Origin: Alphaproteobacteria bacterium | GTDB taxonomy: Bacteria; Pseudomonadota; Alphaproteobacteria; UBA828 | Length of the DNA: 64,000 nucleotides | Reading direction: 5' to 3' | Assembly (NCBI GenBank): GCA_965220745.1 | Contig: CBDCQT010000011.1 | Location: 334,985 to 398,984 of the forward strand | In this document: piece by piece, positions 1-8,970 of the stretch | Position numbering within the stretch: the stretch's first letter is position 1 | Layout: each line of letters opens with the position of its first letter | Translations under genes and position numbers: made by a program | The notes under the pieces: generated by a model | The model's input: only the letters and a program-made list of their open reading frames with translations | Told to the model about the DNA's origin: nothing | Database searches by the model: none

Positions 1-586
1 GGGCAATGAGATGAGCCGACACTGCCTGGCGCAGGGTCTCGATCAACTGCCCGAAGCTCTCGGGATCGCGATAGGCCCATCCCTTGACCGTGGCAAAGTC
101 CCGGCTCCGCCCGCCACCAACCATGTAGGTCGCGAGCGTCCACGGCGCCCCGGCAAAACCCAGCACCGTCGCCCCAGCCGGCGCCGCAGCCACGACCCGC
201 TCCATCACCTCGTAGACAGGCGCAAGATGCCGCCTTTGGCGTTCCACATCGAATTCGGGCAGGGACCCACCCTCCGGAATCGCTTTGAGCCTGGGTCCCT
301 CACCCTCCTTGAACCAGAGCTTGACGCCGAGCGCCTCGGCAACCACCAGGATGTCCGAGAACAGGATAATCCCGTCGAGGGGGAAACGACGCACGGGCTG
401 AAGAGTCGCCTCCGCCGCCAAAACCGGGTCGTAGCAGAGATCGAGGAAGGACCCCGCCTTCGTCCGCAACGCTCGGTACTCGGGGAGGTAGCGCCCCGCC
501 TGGCGCATCAGCCAGAGCGGCGGCGGATGCTGTGCCTTCCCTCGAAGCGCCGCGAGAAGCGGCTTGATATCTGCGTCCACGGTCAC
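1..586 (-). CDS. hemE: uroporphyrinogen decarboxylase, N-terminal part (3-prime end runs off window start)
   Basis: Hand translation of the minus strand gives VTVDADIKPLLAALRGKAQHPPPLWLMRQAGRYLPEYRALRTKAGSFLDLCYDP...ILFSDILVV. LWLMRQAGRYLPEYR is the HemE N-terminal signature. GTG start at 586 with an in-frame TAG upstream at 619-617. Absent from the ORF track because there is no stop in the window. Confidence 0.9.
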   Translation of the reverse strand, partial: MTVDADIKPLLAALRGKAQHPPPLWLMRQAGRYLPEYRALRTKAGSFLDLCYDPVLAAEATLQPVRRFPLDGIILFSDILVVAEALGVKLWFKEGEGPRLKAIPEGGSLPEFDVERQRRHLAPVYEVMERVVAAAPAGATVLGFAGAPWTLATYMVGGGRSRDFATVKGWAYRDPESFGQLIETLRQAVSAHLIA

Positions 587-999
587 GAGTCGGTTCTTGT
601 CCCCGGCTTCGTCAGACTATCTTCATTAAATGAGTCTTAGTAAGGGTGGATGATGATGTTGGTGCGGATGAGGGGATTGTGGCGTTCATCCCATGGGTCG
701 GGTGAATGATCACATGGGTCGTGCCACAGACGGACTCAACGTGAAGAAGCGATGAATGACCAACGCGGCGGCGTGTTTCAACGGTTGTGGGGAAACTAGG
801 ATAGTGTGGAAGGGCACCTGGCAGCACCGGTCATGAGAGTGTTATCCCCGTTTTGACGGTTTTGTGACAGGGATGGTCGGATAAGCTGAGGATAGATTGG
901 GGGTTGTCTGGCTGGGTGCCGTTGCCCACGGATTCCCCACATGAAGGCGCTGAGAAGTCGTGCCGGTGCGGGCGCAGCGCGGAGGGTCGTAGCGGGTTC
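587..999. other. candidate chromosomal replication origin (oriC) / divergent promoter region
   Basis: 413-bp non-coding, AT-richer gap between divergent hemE and the PDRP-maf-aroE-coaE-dnaQ block. Contains several 6-7/9 DnaA-box-like 9-mers with an orientation switch and three GANTC sites. The hemE-adjacent position is known for alphaproteobacterial origins. Confidence 0.5.
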
Positions 1000-1815
1000 A
1001 TGCGAAGGTTTCATCTGCATCTGGTCTCGGACGCTACCGGCGAGACCTGCATCACCATAGCGCGCGCGGCGGCAGCGCAATTCCAGGGCGTGGATGCGGT
1101 TGAGCACCTGTGGTCGCTGGTGCGCACCGAGAGTCAGCTGCGGCAAGTTCTCGCCCACGTCGAGGCGGAGCCCGGCGTGGTGATGTTCACCCTCGTCGAC
1201 CCGCAGCTTCAAGCCCTTCTGCACGAGGAGTGCCGGCGTATCGAAGTTCCGTGCATCCCACTGCTCGACACGGCGATCACGGCGTTGAGCGGCTTCCTCG
1301 GCATCGAGAGCCGTAATCAGCCGGGCAGCCAACACGTCATGGACGAAGCCTATCTCAAGCGCATCGAGGCGATGAACTACGCGCTCGCCCACGACGACGG
1401 GCACTCGCCGACATCGCTGCGGGAGGCTGATATCGTGCTTGTCGGCGTATCGCGGACCTCGAAGACCCCCACCTGCTTCTACCTCGCCAATCGCGGTCTC
1501 AAGGCGGCCAACGTGCCGGTGGTGCCGGGTAGTCCGTTGCCGCCGGAGCTTGCAGCACCGCAGGGTGCGCTGGTGGTTGGCCTCACCTGTCACCCAGAGC
1601 AGCTGATCGATATCCGGCGAAGCCGCATGCGCATGATCGGCGATATCGGCGAGACCGCTTACGTAGACCCCCTTCAGGTCGAAGAGGAGGTGCGGCAGGC
1701 GCGGCGCCTGTACGCAGAGGCGGGATGGCCGGTGATCGACGTGACCCACCGCTCGATCGAAGAGACAGCCGCCGCGATTCTTCAGCTATACGACCGCCGC
1801 GCCCTCTCCCCCTGA
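1000..1815 (+). CDS. pyruvate, phosphate dikinase regulatory protein (DUF299 kinase/phosphorylase)
   Basis: MRRFHLHLVSDATGET N-terminus and P-loop VLVGVSRTSKTPT in the 904..1815 ORF. ATG at 1000 chosen because family members begin at this motif. Confidence 0.85.
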   Translation: MRRFHLHLVSDATGETCITIARAAAAQFQGVDAVEHLWSLVRTESQLRQVLAHVEAEPGVVMFTLVDPQLQALLHEECRRIEVPCIPLLDTAITALSGFLGIESRNQPGSQHVMDEAYLKRIEAMNYALAHDDGHSPTSLREADIVLVGVSRTSKTPTCFYLANRGLKAANVPVVPGSPLPPELAAPQGALVVGLTCHPEQLIDIRRSRMRMIGDIGETAYVDPLQVEEEVRQARRLYAEAGWPVIDVTHRSIEETAAAILQLYDRRALSP

Positions 1816-1887
1816 GCGGTTGGCGCGGCGCGGGAAGCGTATATTCTGCGGCGCAGTAAGAGCGAGCCGGGACAGGAAAGCGGACCC

Positions 1888-2529
1888 ATGGCAATGGCTG
1901 AGGCGGACCCAGCCTTGCACGGAGAGGCCGGCGAACGGAATGTGGTGCTCGCCTCTCAGGCGGCGGTGCGAGCGGCAATGCTGCGGGCTGCGGGCCTCAC
2001 ATTCACCGTGCAGCCGGCGCGGGTGGACGAAGGCGCGGTCAAGGAGGCCATGCGAGCCGAAGACCCCGAGGGCCACGGGACCGCACGGGCGCTCGCCGCC
2101 CTCAAGGCTCGGCGAGTGAGCGCCGGCGCTCCGGGCGCCTTCGTCATCGGCGCGGATCAGCTCCTGGTCTGCGGCGACGAGTGGTTCGACAAGCCGGTGG
2201 ATGTGGCCGATGCCAGGGGGCAGCTTCAGCGGTTGCGCGGCCGGCGCCACACGCTGGTGACCGCGGTCTCCGTGGTCCGCGACGGGGCCGAGATCTGGGG
2301 CGACCTGGCGTGCCCGGCGTTGACGATGCGCCCTTTCTCCGACGCCTTTCTGGAGCGCTATCTGGAGCGCGCGGGCGACGGAATCCTTGCTTGCGTCGGG
2401 GGCTACGAGGCCGAGGGTCTGGGCGCGCAGTTGCTCGCGGAGATCGAGGGGGACTGGTTCGCGGTGCTGGGCCTGCCGCTGCTGCCACTGTTGGCGTTCC
2501 TCCGCGAGCACGGGCTGGTGGAGACATGA
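1888..2529 (+). CDS. maf: Maf-like nucleoside triphosphate pyrophosphatase
   Basis: VVLASQAAVRAAML...VIGADQLLV...GGYEAEGLGAQLL pattern typical of Maf/YhdE. Conserved position upstream of aroE. Confidence 0.85.
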   Translation: MAMAEADPALHGEAGERNVVLASQAAVRAAMLRAAGLTFTVQPARVDEGAVKEAMRAEDPEGHGTARALAALKARRVSAGAPGAFVIGADQLLVCGDEWFDKPVDVADARGQLQRLRGRRHTLVTAVSVVRDGAEIWGDLACPALTMRPFSDAFLERYLERAGDGILACVGGYEAEGLGAQLLAEIEGDWFAVLGLPLLPLLAFLREHGLVET

Positions 2530-3365
2530 TTCTCTCCGGCGCGGCGCGGCTGGCCGGGGTCATGGGCTGGCCGGTGGCGCATTCGCGCTCGCCGCGTATC
2601 CACGGCTACTGGCTCGAGGAGAAGGAGATCGACGGCGCTTACCTGCCACTCGCGGTCCGGCCCGAGAGGCTCGACGCCGCGCTCGATGCGCTTGCTGCTC
2701 TGGGTTTTCGCGGGTGCAACCTGACCGCCCCGCACAAGGAGGCCGCGCTCAAGCGCATGGATACGCTGTCGGAGACCGCGCGCCGGATCGGCGCGGTTAA
2801 CACCGTGACGGTCGGGGACGATGGGGCGCTGCACGGCGACAACACCGACGGCTATGGCTTTATCAGCCACCTGCGCCAGGAAGCGCCGGGCTGGGAGGCT
2901 GGGGCGCCGGTGGCGGTGCTGGGCGCCGGCGGCGCTGCGCGGGCGGTGTTGGATGCTCTCTCTGCCGCGGGCGTTTCCGAAATCCGCCTGCTCAACCGTA
3001 CGCGCGCGCGCGCGGCGGCGCTCGCGGAGGAGGCGGGCGAGACGGTGCGTCCCCTGCCGTGGGACCAGCGGACCCACGCGTTGGCGGACTGCGGCTTGCT
3101 GGTCAACACCGCGCAGCTTGGTCAGGCGGGCAAGCCTGCGCTCGATCTCGCTCTCGACCGGCTGCCGGCCGATGCGGTGGTCTACGACTTGGTCTATGCG
3201 CCGTTGGAGACGGACCTGCTCGAGGCGGCGCGTGCGCGCGGGCATGTGGCGGTGGATGGACTCGGCATGTTGATCCACCAAGCCCGGCCCGGCTTCGCCG
3301 CCTGGTTCGGGGCCGAGGTCGAGGCGACGGCGGCACTCCGCAGCTTTGCCGCCGAAGGGCTGTGA
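2526..3365 (+). CDS. aroE: shikimate dehydrogenase
   Basis: Internal ATG at 2526 of the 2181..3365 ORF gives MILSGAARLAGVMGWPVAHSRSPRIHGYW, NLTAPHKE, NTDGYGF and VLGAGGAARAV motifs. ATGA overlap with the maf stop. Confidence 0.85.
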   Translation: MILSGAARLAGVMGWPVAHSRSPRIHGYWLEEKEIDGAYLPLAVRPERLDAALDALAALGFRGCNLTAPHKEAALKRMDTLSETARRIGAVNTVTVGDDGALHGDNTDGYGFISHLRQEAPGWEAGAPVAVLGAGGAARAVLDALSAAGVSEIRLLNRTRARAAALAEEAGETVRPLPWDQRTHALADCGLLVNTAQLGQAGKPALDLALDRLPADAVVYDLVYAPLETDLLEAARARGHVAVDGLGMLIHQARPGFAAWFGAEVEATAALRSFAAEGL

Positions 3366-3377
3366 CGGGGGTCGGCC

Positions 3378-4046
3378 GTGGTCATCCTCGGCCTCACCGG
3401 CTCCATTGGCATGGGCAAGACCACCGTTGCGAACGCCCTGCGCGCCTCCGGCGCCACCGTCTTCGACGCCGATGCGGCGGTCCACCGTCTGCTGGCGCCG
3501 GGCGGGGCCGCCGTGGCGCCGGTGCTCGCGCGCTTTCCCGATGCCGGGATGGGCGAGGGTGCCGCGCGTGCGGTCGACCGGGGAGCGCTCGGCGCGACGG
3601 TCTTCGCGGACCCCAAAGCCCTGGCGGAACTCGAGGCGATGCTGCACCCCCTGGTCCGTGCGGGCGAGCGGCGCTTTCTCTCGGCCAGCCAGCGCCGCGG
3701 CTGTGGCCTCGCGGTGCTCGACGTGCCGCTGCTGTTCGAGACCGGCGGCGAAGCCCGTTGCGACGCAACACTGGTGGTCTCGGCGCCGGCTTTCGTACAG
3801 CGCGCGCGGGTGCTGGGTCGGGCCCGGATGACCGAGGAGCGGCTGGCCGCTATCCTCGCTCGTCAGATGCCGGACTGGGAGAAGCGCCGGCGCGCGGATT
3901 TCGTGATCCGCACGGGGCTCGACAGACGGGTCTCGCGGTTCGCCGCGCGGCGCATCGCGGCCCGCCTCTCCACCGAGCGTGGCACCCGCTGGCCGCGCTG
4001 CTGGGCCGGCGCGCTGGTGCGGGCTGGAGGACGTGACCATGCGTGA
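3378..4046 (+). CDS. coaE: dephospho-CoA kinase
   Basis: VILGLTGSIGMGKTT P-loop N-terminus, FDADAAVHRLL and DVPLLFETG motifs. GTG start. Confidence 0.85.
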   Translation: MVILGLTGSIGMGKTTVANALRASGATVFDADAAVHRLLAPGGAAVAPVLARFPDAGMGEGAARAVDRGALGATVFADPKALAELEAMLHPLVRAGERRFLSASQRRGCGLAVLDVPLLFETGGEARCDATLVVSAPAFVQRARVLGRARMTEERLAAILARQMPDWEKRRRADFVIRTGLDRRVSRFAARRIAARLSTERGTRWPRCWAGALVRAGGRDHA

Positions 4047-4716
4047 GGTCGTGCTCGACACCGAGACCACCGGCATCGATCCGGCGGCAGGCCACAGGAT
4101 CGTCGAGGTCGGTGCGATCGAGCTAGTCAACCACATCCCCTCCGGCCGGCGCTTCCAGCGTTATCTCGACCCCGAGCGCGACATGCCGGAGGACGCCGAA
4201 CGCGTGCACGGGCTCACCCGCGCCTTCCTCGCCAAGCACCGGCGCTTCGCCGACGAAGTTGAGCCGCTGCTCGCCTTCATCGGCGATGCCAAGCTCGTCA
4301 TGCACAACGCGCCCTTCGATCTCGGCTTCCTCAATGCCGAGCTGGAGCGCATCCGCAGGGCCCCGATCCCGGCGGAGCGGACGGTGGATACGCTCTCCAT
4401 CGCGCGGCGCAAATATCCTGGCGCGCCGGCAAGCCTCGATGCGCTTTGCAAGCGCTTCGGGATCGATCGCTCCATGCGGGAGAAGCACGGCGCGCTGCTG
4501 GATGCCGAGCTGCTCACCGAGGTCTATCTGGAGCTCACTGGCGGCCGTCAGCCTGGGCTCGAGCTGCAGCGGGCGGCGCCGGTGCGGGACGCAGCGCCCG
4601 CGCCCCGTGCCGACCGTGCGCCGCGTGCGCCGCGGCCGCACGAACCCACTGCGGAAGAGGCGGCGGCCCACGCTGCCTTCGTCGCCACGCTCAAAGACCC
4701 GATCTGGAACGATTGA
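4039..4716 (+). CDS. dnaQ: DNA polymerase III epsilon subunit (3-5 exonuclease)
   Basis: MREVVLDTETTGIDP (Exo I), HNAPFDLGFL (Exo II), HGALLDAELL (Exo III). ATG at 4039 overlaps the coaE end by 8 nt. Confidence 0.9.
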   Translation: MREVVLDTETTGIDPAAGHRIVEVGAIELVNHIPSGRRFQRYLDPERDMPEDAERVHGLTRAFLAKHRRFADEVEPLLAFIGDAKLVMHNAPFDLGFLNAELERIRRAPIPAERTVDTLSIARRKYPGAPASLDALCKRFGIDRSMREKHGALLDAELLTEVYLELTGGRQPGLELQRAAPVRDAAPAPRADRAPRAPRPHEPTAEEAAAHAAFVATLKDPIWND

Positions 4717-4809
4717 GGGGAGGGAGGCGGGCCGGGCGTGGCGCCGCCTCGACACCCTACCGGCGATGCGGCAGGATCGCGCGGCTGTTGCGAAGAGGGA
4801 GAGGCCGCC

Positions 4810-5544
4810 ATGACCTACACAGTGCTTGCCAGCAATCCGGACACCGGCGAGATCGGAATCGCGTCCACGACAATCACGATCAACTTCAGCCGGACCTTCC
4901 CGGTGCACCGGCACCTCGTGCCCGACCTGACGGAGCGGGGAATCATCGTTGCCCCGATGGCGACCATCCATCCGCAGAACGGCCACCGGCTCTGCGATCT
5001 GCGGGATGCCGGAGTCGGCTGGGACGATATGGAAGCCGAGCTGGAGAAGCACGACGAACACTGGACCTGGCGGCAGATCGGCGCGGTGACGGCCAGCGGC
5101 GAGACCTGGGTCCGCACCGGGTCTGACGCCTGGAACCACGCGAGCCATGTCGTGGCCGAGGGCTCGATCGCCATGGGCAACTACATGGATGGCCCCGGCC
5201 CGGTGCAGGCGATGGCCAAGGCGCTCGAGGACAACCGGGGCGAAGCCATGGACGAGCGGCTGCTGCGCGCCATAGAGGCTGGCAAGGCCGCCGGCGGGCA
5301 GGGTCAGCCGGATCTCGGCCCGGTGCCGGAATCCTGGGCGATGATCCAGGTGTTCAATGGCAAGCAGCCGTGGCCGGCGGTCGATGTGCGGGTGGACTTC
5401 GACGTAGACCCGGTGCCGAAGCTGCGGCGCCTGGTCACGCAGCTCAAGAACATGGACAAGGTGCTGCACACGATGTCGTTCGACCCGTCGCGGACGTTCG
5501 ACGTCTACGGCGTGGTCTTCGACATGTACAACGCCCAAGTGTAG
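4810..5544 (+). CDS. DUF1028-family (Ntn-hydrolase-like) protein
   Basis: MTYTVLA start with Thr at position 2, as in DUF1028 proteins. ATG at 4810 inside the 4738..5544 ORF. Coding-like composition. Confidence 0.65.
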   Translation: MTYTVLASNPDTGEIGIASTTITINFSRTFPVHRHLVPDLTERGIIVAPMATIHPQNGHRLCDLRDAGVGWDDMEAELEKHDEHWTWRQIGAVTASGETWVRTGSDAWNHASHVVAEGSIAMGNYMDGPGPVQAMAKALEDNRGEAMDERLLRAIEAGKAAGGQGQPDLGPVPESWAMIQVFNGKQPWPAVDVRVDFDVDPVPKLRRLVTQLKNMDKVLHTMSFDPSRTFDVYGVVFDMYNAQV

Positions 5545-5551
5545 CTCGGTT

Positions 5552-5566
5552 CCCCGGCTTCCGGGG
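5552..5566. terminator. short GC hairpin between convergent genes
   Basis: CCCCGG-ctt-CCGGGG perfect 6-bp stem in the 36-nt gap between the stops at 5544 and 5581. No U-tract. Confidence 0.35.
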
Positions 5567-5580
5567 CGCAGGCGAGCCTG

Positions 5581-6450
5581 TCAACCGATCCGGGCCATCA
5601 CCCCGCCGTCGACCGGGAGTGCGACGCCGGTGATGAAGCGGCCGGCGTCAGAGGCGAGGAAGAGCGAGGCCTGGGCCACGTCCCAGGCGCTGCCCATGCC
5701 GCCCCTGAGCGGGCTCCAGGTGTCGCGGTCGGCGGCGATCTCCTCGCGCGGCTTGCCGTAGCGGCGGGCCTGCGTGTCCACCGCCATGGGCGTGTCCATG
5801 TAGCCCGGCAGGATGGCGTTCACGCGCACACCGTCGGGCGCGCAGTCGAGCGCAAGCTGGCGGGAGAAGGCGATCATCCCTGCCTTGCTGGTCTTGTAGG
5901 TGACCGACTTGTAGTCGACCACGGCTGCAATCGACGAGATGTTGGTGATCACGCCGCTGCCCTGGCCGCGCATGACCGGGACCACGTGCTTGCAGGCCAT
6001 CACCGTGCCGCGCAGGTTGATCGCCATCACCCGGTCGAAGCTCGCCTCGTCGAGGTCCGCGAGCGGCGAATCCCCGCCGGTGTAAGCGACGCCCACGTTG
6101 TTCTGCAGCACGTCGATGCGCCCGTGCCGCTCGACGACCGAGCGGACGACAGCGAGCAGCGCCTGCTCATCGGTCACGTCGGCGACCATCGCCTCGGCGG
6201 CACCGCCTTCCGCCTGGATCATGGTGGCAGTTTCCTCGGCGGACTTCCGGTCGCGGTCGAGTGCGACCACGTGCGCGCCGGCGCGGGCGAAGAGCACGCA
6301 GGCGGCCCGGCCGTTGCCGATCACCGGCCCCGGCGTCTGGCCGGCGCCGGCCACGATCGCGACCCGGCCATCGAGGCTCAGTGAGGGGCTTTGCCAGGGC
6401 GCCGCGATGGCGGCGGAAGCCTCTTCGGTCATGGCGATGTCCTGGTGCAT
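5581..6450 (-). CDS. SDR family oxidoreductase
   Basis: VAIVAGAGQTPGPVIGNGRA Rossmann motif, NNVG, and the S...YKTSK catalytic pattern. Start could be 6432 (MTEEAS). Confidence 0.85.
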   Translation of the reverse strand: MHQDIAMTEEASAAIAAPWQSPSLSLDGRVAIVAGAGQTPGPVIGNGRAACVLFARAGAHVVALDRDRKSAEETATMIQAEGGAAEAMVADVTDEQALLAVVRSVVERHGRIDVLQNNVGVAYTGGDSPLADLDEASFDRVMAINLRGTVMACKHVVPVMRGQGSGVITNISSIAAVVDYKSVTYKTSKAGMIAFSRQLALDCAPDGVRVNAILPGYMDTPMAVDTQARRYGKPREEIAADRDTWSPLRGGMGSAWDVAQASLFLASDAGRFITGVALPVDGGVMARIG

Positions 6451-6642
6451 GGTGGGCGGGTGCCCGAAGGCTCCGCAGGCGCGCGCGGCTTGTCAAGGCG
6501 GGTGGTTGCAAAGATGGGGTTCTGGACGAAGTTGTGTCAGCGTAGAGTCAGTGCCAAGAAAGCTAGATTTTGGGGACATACGCCTATGAGCCACAGCATG
6601 TCGTAGACACGCGATAAACTCCTGTTCCTGACAGCGGACTGT

Positions 6643-7233
6643 TTGCCGCGAACGAATGCTTGCCCGGCACGCAAATTGACTTATATATCAATAACTGATC
6701 AAATCCAGGCGCTGGTGAGAGACGGTCGCCTGCATCACATCGAGCCGGTTGATCCTAGCTTAGAGGTGAAGCGGGTCATGGTGGTGGCGAACGACGTTCA
6801 AGCATTGCTCGATGAACCATGGCCCAGTGACTGGCTGGAGCGGCGCGCAGGTAGCCTACGGGCCGACTTAGAGATGTTCGTTAGGGGGCAGGTCCTGAGC
6901 GTTTCAATGACACCCTATGGGCACAAGAAGGCGTATATGGGATTGTTGGACCCTCCGACGAGGGGAGTCTGGGAGATCAGGAGCCGCGATCCGAATCCAA
7001 GCTTGCGGGTCTTCGGGCATTTTGCAGATGTAAATCTGTTTGTAGCATTAGTTTGGCACCCTCGATCCGTCGAAGTCGATGGAAGATCACCTTTGGGCAG
7101 CGCGCGTGATCTGAGCTGGGAGTTCGCAAAATTGGAATGTGAAAAAGCTTGGCAAGGTCTGTTTCCAAATCACCGGCCGCGAATCAGGGAGAAAGTCAGT
7201 GACTTCATCTCAGAAGATGCAATTCTGGTCTGA
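6643..7233 (+). CDS. hypothetical protein with weak RelE/HigB/Gp49-like core (low-GC island gene 1)
   Basis: The segment GVWEIRSRDPNPSLRVFGHFADVNLFVALVWH resembles the conserved strands of RelE/Gp49 toxins. TTG start at 6643; alternative ATG at 6778 preceded by GAGGTG. Confidence 0.5.
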   Translation: MPRTNACPARKLTYISITDQIQALVRDGRLHHIEPVDPSLEVKRVMVVANDVQALLDEPWPSDWLERRAGSLRADLEMFVRGQVLSVSMTPYGHKKAYMGLLDPPTRGVWEIRSRDPNPSLRVFGHFADVNLFVALVWHPRSVEVDGRSPLGSARDLSWEFAKLECEKAWQGLFPNHRPRIREKVSDFISEDAILV

Positions 7234-7642
7234 AATCGAGGATCTGGAAGCTCGTATACCGAAGGGTAAACTGGAGTATTTGCGCGAGCGGTTCCGCAAC
7301 GATTTGTACGACTTTATTCTCAGAAAGTATTTGGAGCAGAGGAAAGGGCGGAACCTTAATCAAGCTGAACTGGCGCGAAGGCTGTCCTATGATCCCGCCC
7401 GGCTCAATCGGCTGTTAGGCGCTCCCGGCAATTGGACACTAGCGACGGTGAGCGATTTGCTCGTGGGAATTGCTGGTGAGTCCTTGGACCTTCAATCGAC
7501 CGCGGTTCGGGGAAATACTGTGCGGAATCAAAATGTGCACGACCTGCTACAGTCGGGGGCGGGTTTGACTATAGAGAGGCATGATGCCGGATCGACAGGG
7601 ACAGGCAGCGTACGCACCATTAGAACGGTGCATGTTCAATGA
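7217..7642 (+). CDS. XRE-family helix-turn-helix protein (low-GC island gene 2)
   Basis: LNQAELARRLSYDPARLNRLLGAPGNWTLATVSDLL is an XRE-type HTH. ATG at 7217 overlaps the gene 1 end by 17 nt. Confidence 0.6.
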   Translation: MQFWSEIEDLEARIPKGKLEYLRERFRNDLYDFILRKYLEQRKGRNLNQAELARRLSYDPARLNRLLGAPGNWTLATVSDLLVGIAGESLDLQSTAVRGNTVRNQNVHDLLQSGAGLTIERHDAGSTGTGSVRTIRTVHVQ

Positions 7643-8061
7643 CTGAAAACGCTGTGCCGAAGGTGGAAATCCTCTCTGCCATCGTGTGCGACGATGTGCG
7701 GGAAGAGCATAACGGTAAGGAAATTCTAATTGGAGTGTATAGCGGTACAATAGCCGTTCAAGAAATTCCAAGTCCACCTTTACCATTAAGATGTTGGGTT
7801 AATCTCAGGATTCAAAGCTCGAGTAAAGTAAGGCTATACTTTAGAGCACGGGATCATGACAACAATGAGATTTTTCAGGCACAATTGAAGACAGAGACGG
7901 ACGACGAGATAGGAATGGGAAGTGTTCCTTTGGGGCCTATCATGTATACGCTTAAAGAGCCAGAGGGAAGCCTAAGGATCGACTATAAGGAGGGAGACGG
8001 CGATTGGTCCAACATTATTACAAAGAACGCAAGGTACCAAAGCAAGCAAACGTTGGGATAG
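7639..8061 (+). CDS. hypothetical protein (low-GC island gene 3)
   Basis: 140-aa ORF whose ATG shares ATGA with the stop of gene 2. No motif I can assign with confidence. Confidence 0.5.
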   Translation: MTENAVPKVEILSAIVCDDVREEHNGKEILIGVYSGTIAVQEIPSPPLPLRCWVNLRIQSSSKVRLYFRARDHDNNEIFQAQLKTETDDEIGMGSVPLGPIMYTLKEPEGSLRIDYKEGDGDWSNIITKNARYQSKQTLG

Positions 8062-8133
8062 TATTCGTTGCCGACTGGGTCATCGACATCGCGTTCAGAA
8101 CCCAATCCGACATCCCACGAGGAGCACACAGAG

Positions 8134-8970
8134 ATGAAAATCGGCGCCGTCATCTTCGCCACCGACTATTGCATCGCGCTGACCGAGCTCGCGCCTGCGC
8201 TTGAGGAGCGGGGGTTCGACTCGCTCTTCGTGCCCGAGCACACCCACATCCCCGCCAGCCGACGCTCGCCCTGGCGGGGCGGGGGAGAGCTGCCGCGGGA
8301 ATACTCCCACACGCTCGACCCCTTCGTGGGGCTGGCGGCAGCCGCGGCAGTCACCAGCACGCTCCGGCTCGGCACCGGCATCTGCCTGGTCACCGAGCGC
8401 GACCCCATCGTCACCGCGAAGGCGGTGGCGAGCCTCGATCTGGTCTCGGGCGGGCGCTTCGACTTCGGCATCGGCGCGGGCTGGAACGCCGAGGAGATGG
8501 AGCACCACGGCACCCGCTTCGAGACCCGTTTTCGGGTCATGGAGGACCGGGTCAAGGCGATGCAGGCACTCTGGGCTGCGGACGAGGCGAGCTACGAGGG
8601 CGAGTTCACGTCCTTCGAGCCGAGCTGGTCCTGGCCCAAGCCGGTGCAGAAGCCACATCCGCCGATCCTGCTCGGCGGAGAGTCCGTGCACACCATGCGC
8701 CGGATCATGGATTTCTGCTCGGGCTGGTTCCCGCGCGGCCCGCTTCTGCCCGATCCGGCCGAGGGCATGGGCAGGCTCCGCGCTGCCGCCGAAGAGGCCG
8801 GGCGCGATCCCGCGACTGTCTCCGCCACGGTCTTCGGTGCCAAGCCCGAAGCCGGCTATCTGGATGCTTGTCGGGAGGCCGGGATGGACCGTGCGCTACT
8901 GATCCTGCCGCCCGAAGGGCGCGACGGGGTGATGCCGGTCATCGACCGCTACGCGGCGCTCATCGGATAA
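8134..8970 (+). CDS. LLM-class (luciferase-like) flavin/F420-dependent oxidoreductase
   Basis: MKIGAVIFATDY...FDSLFVPEHTHIP...GTGICLVTERDP...GRFDFGIGAGWN pattern. ATG at 8134 preceded by GGAG. Confidence 0.85.
   Translation: MKIGAVIFATDYCIALTELAPALEERGFDSLFVPEHTHIPASRRSPWRGGGELPREYSHTLDPFVGLAAAAAVTSTLRLGTGICLVTERDPIVTAKAVASLDLVSGGRFDFGIGAGWNAEEMEHHGTRFETRFRVMEDRVKAMQALWAADEASYEGEFTSFEPSWSWPKPVQKPHPPILLGGESVHTMRRIMDFCSGWFPRGPLLPDPAEGMGRLRAAAEEAGRDPATVSATVFGAKPEAGYLDACREAGMDRALLILPPEGRDGVMPVIDRYAALIG

Noticed and set aside
626-640. CtrA binding site TTAA-N7-TTAA in the putative origin
   Set aside because: Only one site was found and its second half is TTAG. It is noted within the oriC finding, but it is not sufficient to claim CtrA control.
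2403-4136. 577-aa minus-strand ORF, and similar long antisense ORFs (for example 37794..39797 plus, 40644..42173 plus, 54501..56228 plus, 51712..53073 minus)
   Set aside because: Each overlaps strongly supported genes on the opposite strand and has low-complexity Arg/Pro/Gly-rich translations. They were treated as GC-driven artefacts.
6650-8070. Short inverted similarity (CGAACGAAT at about 6650 versus TATTCGTTG at about 8062) as possible terminal repeats of the low-GC island
   Set aside because: Only about 7 matching bases. This is expected by chance, and there are no target-site duplications or mobility genes.
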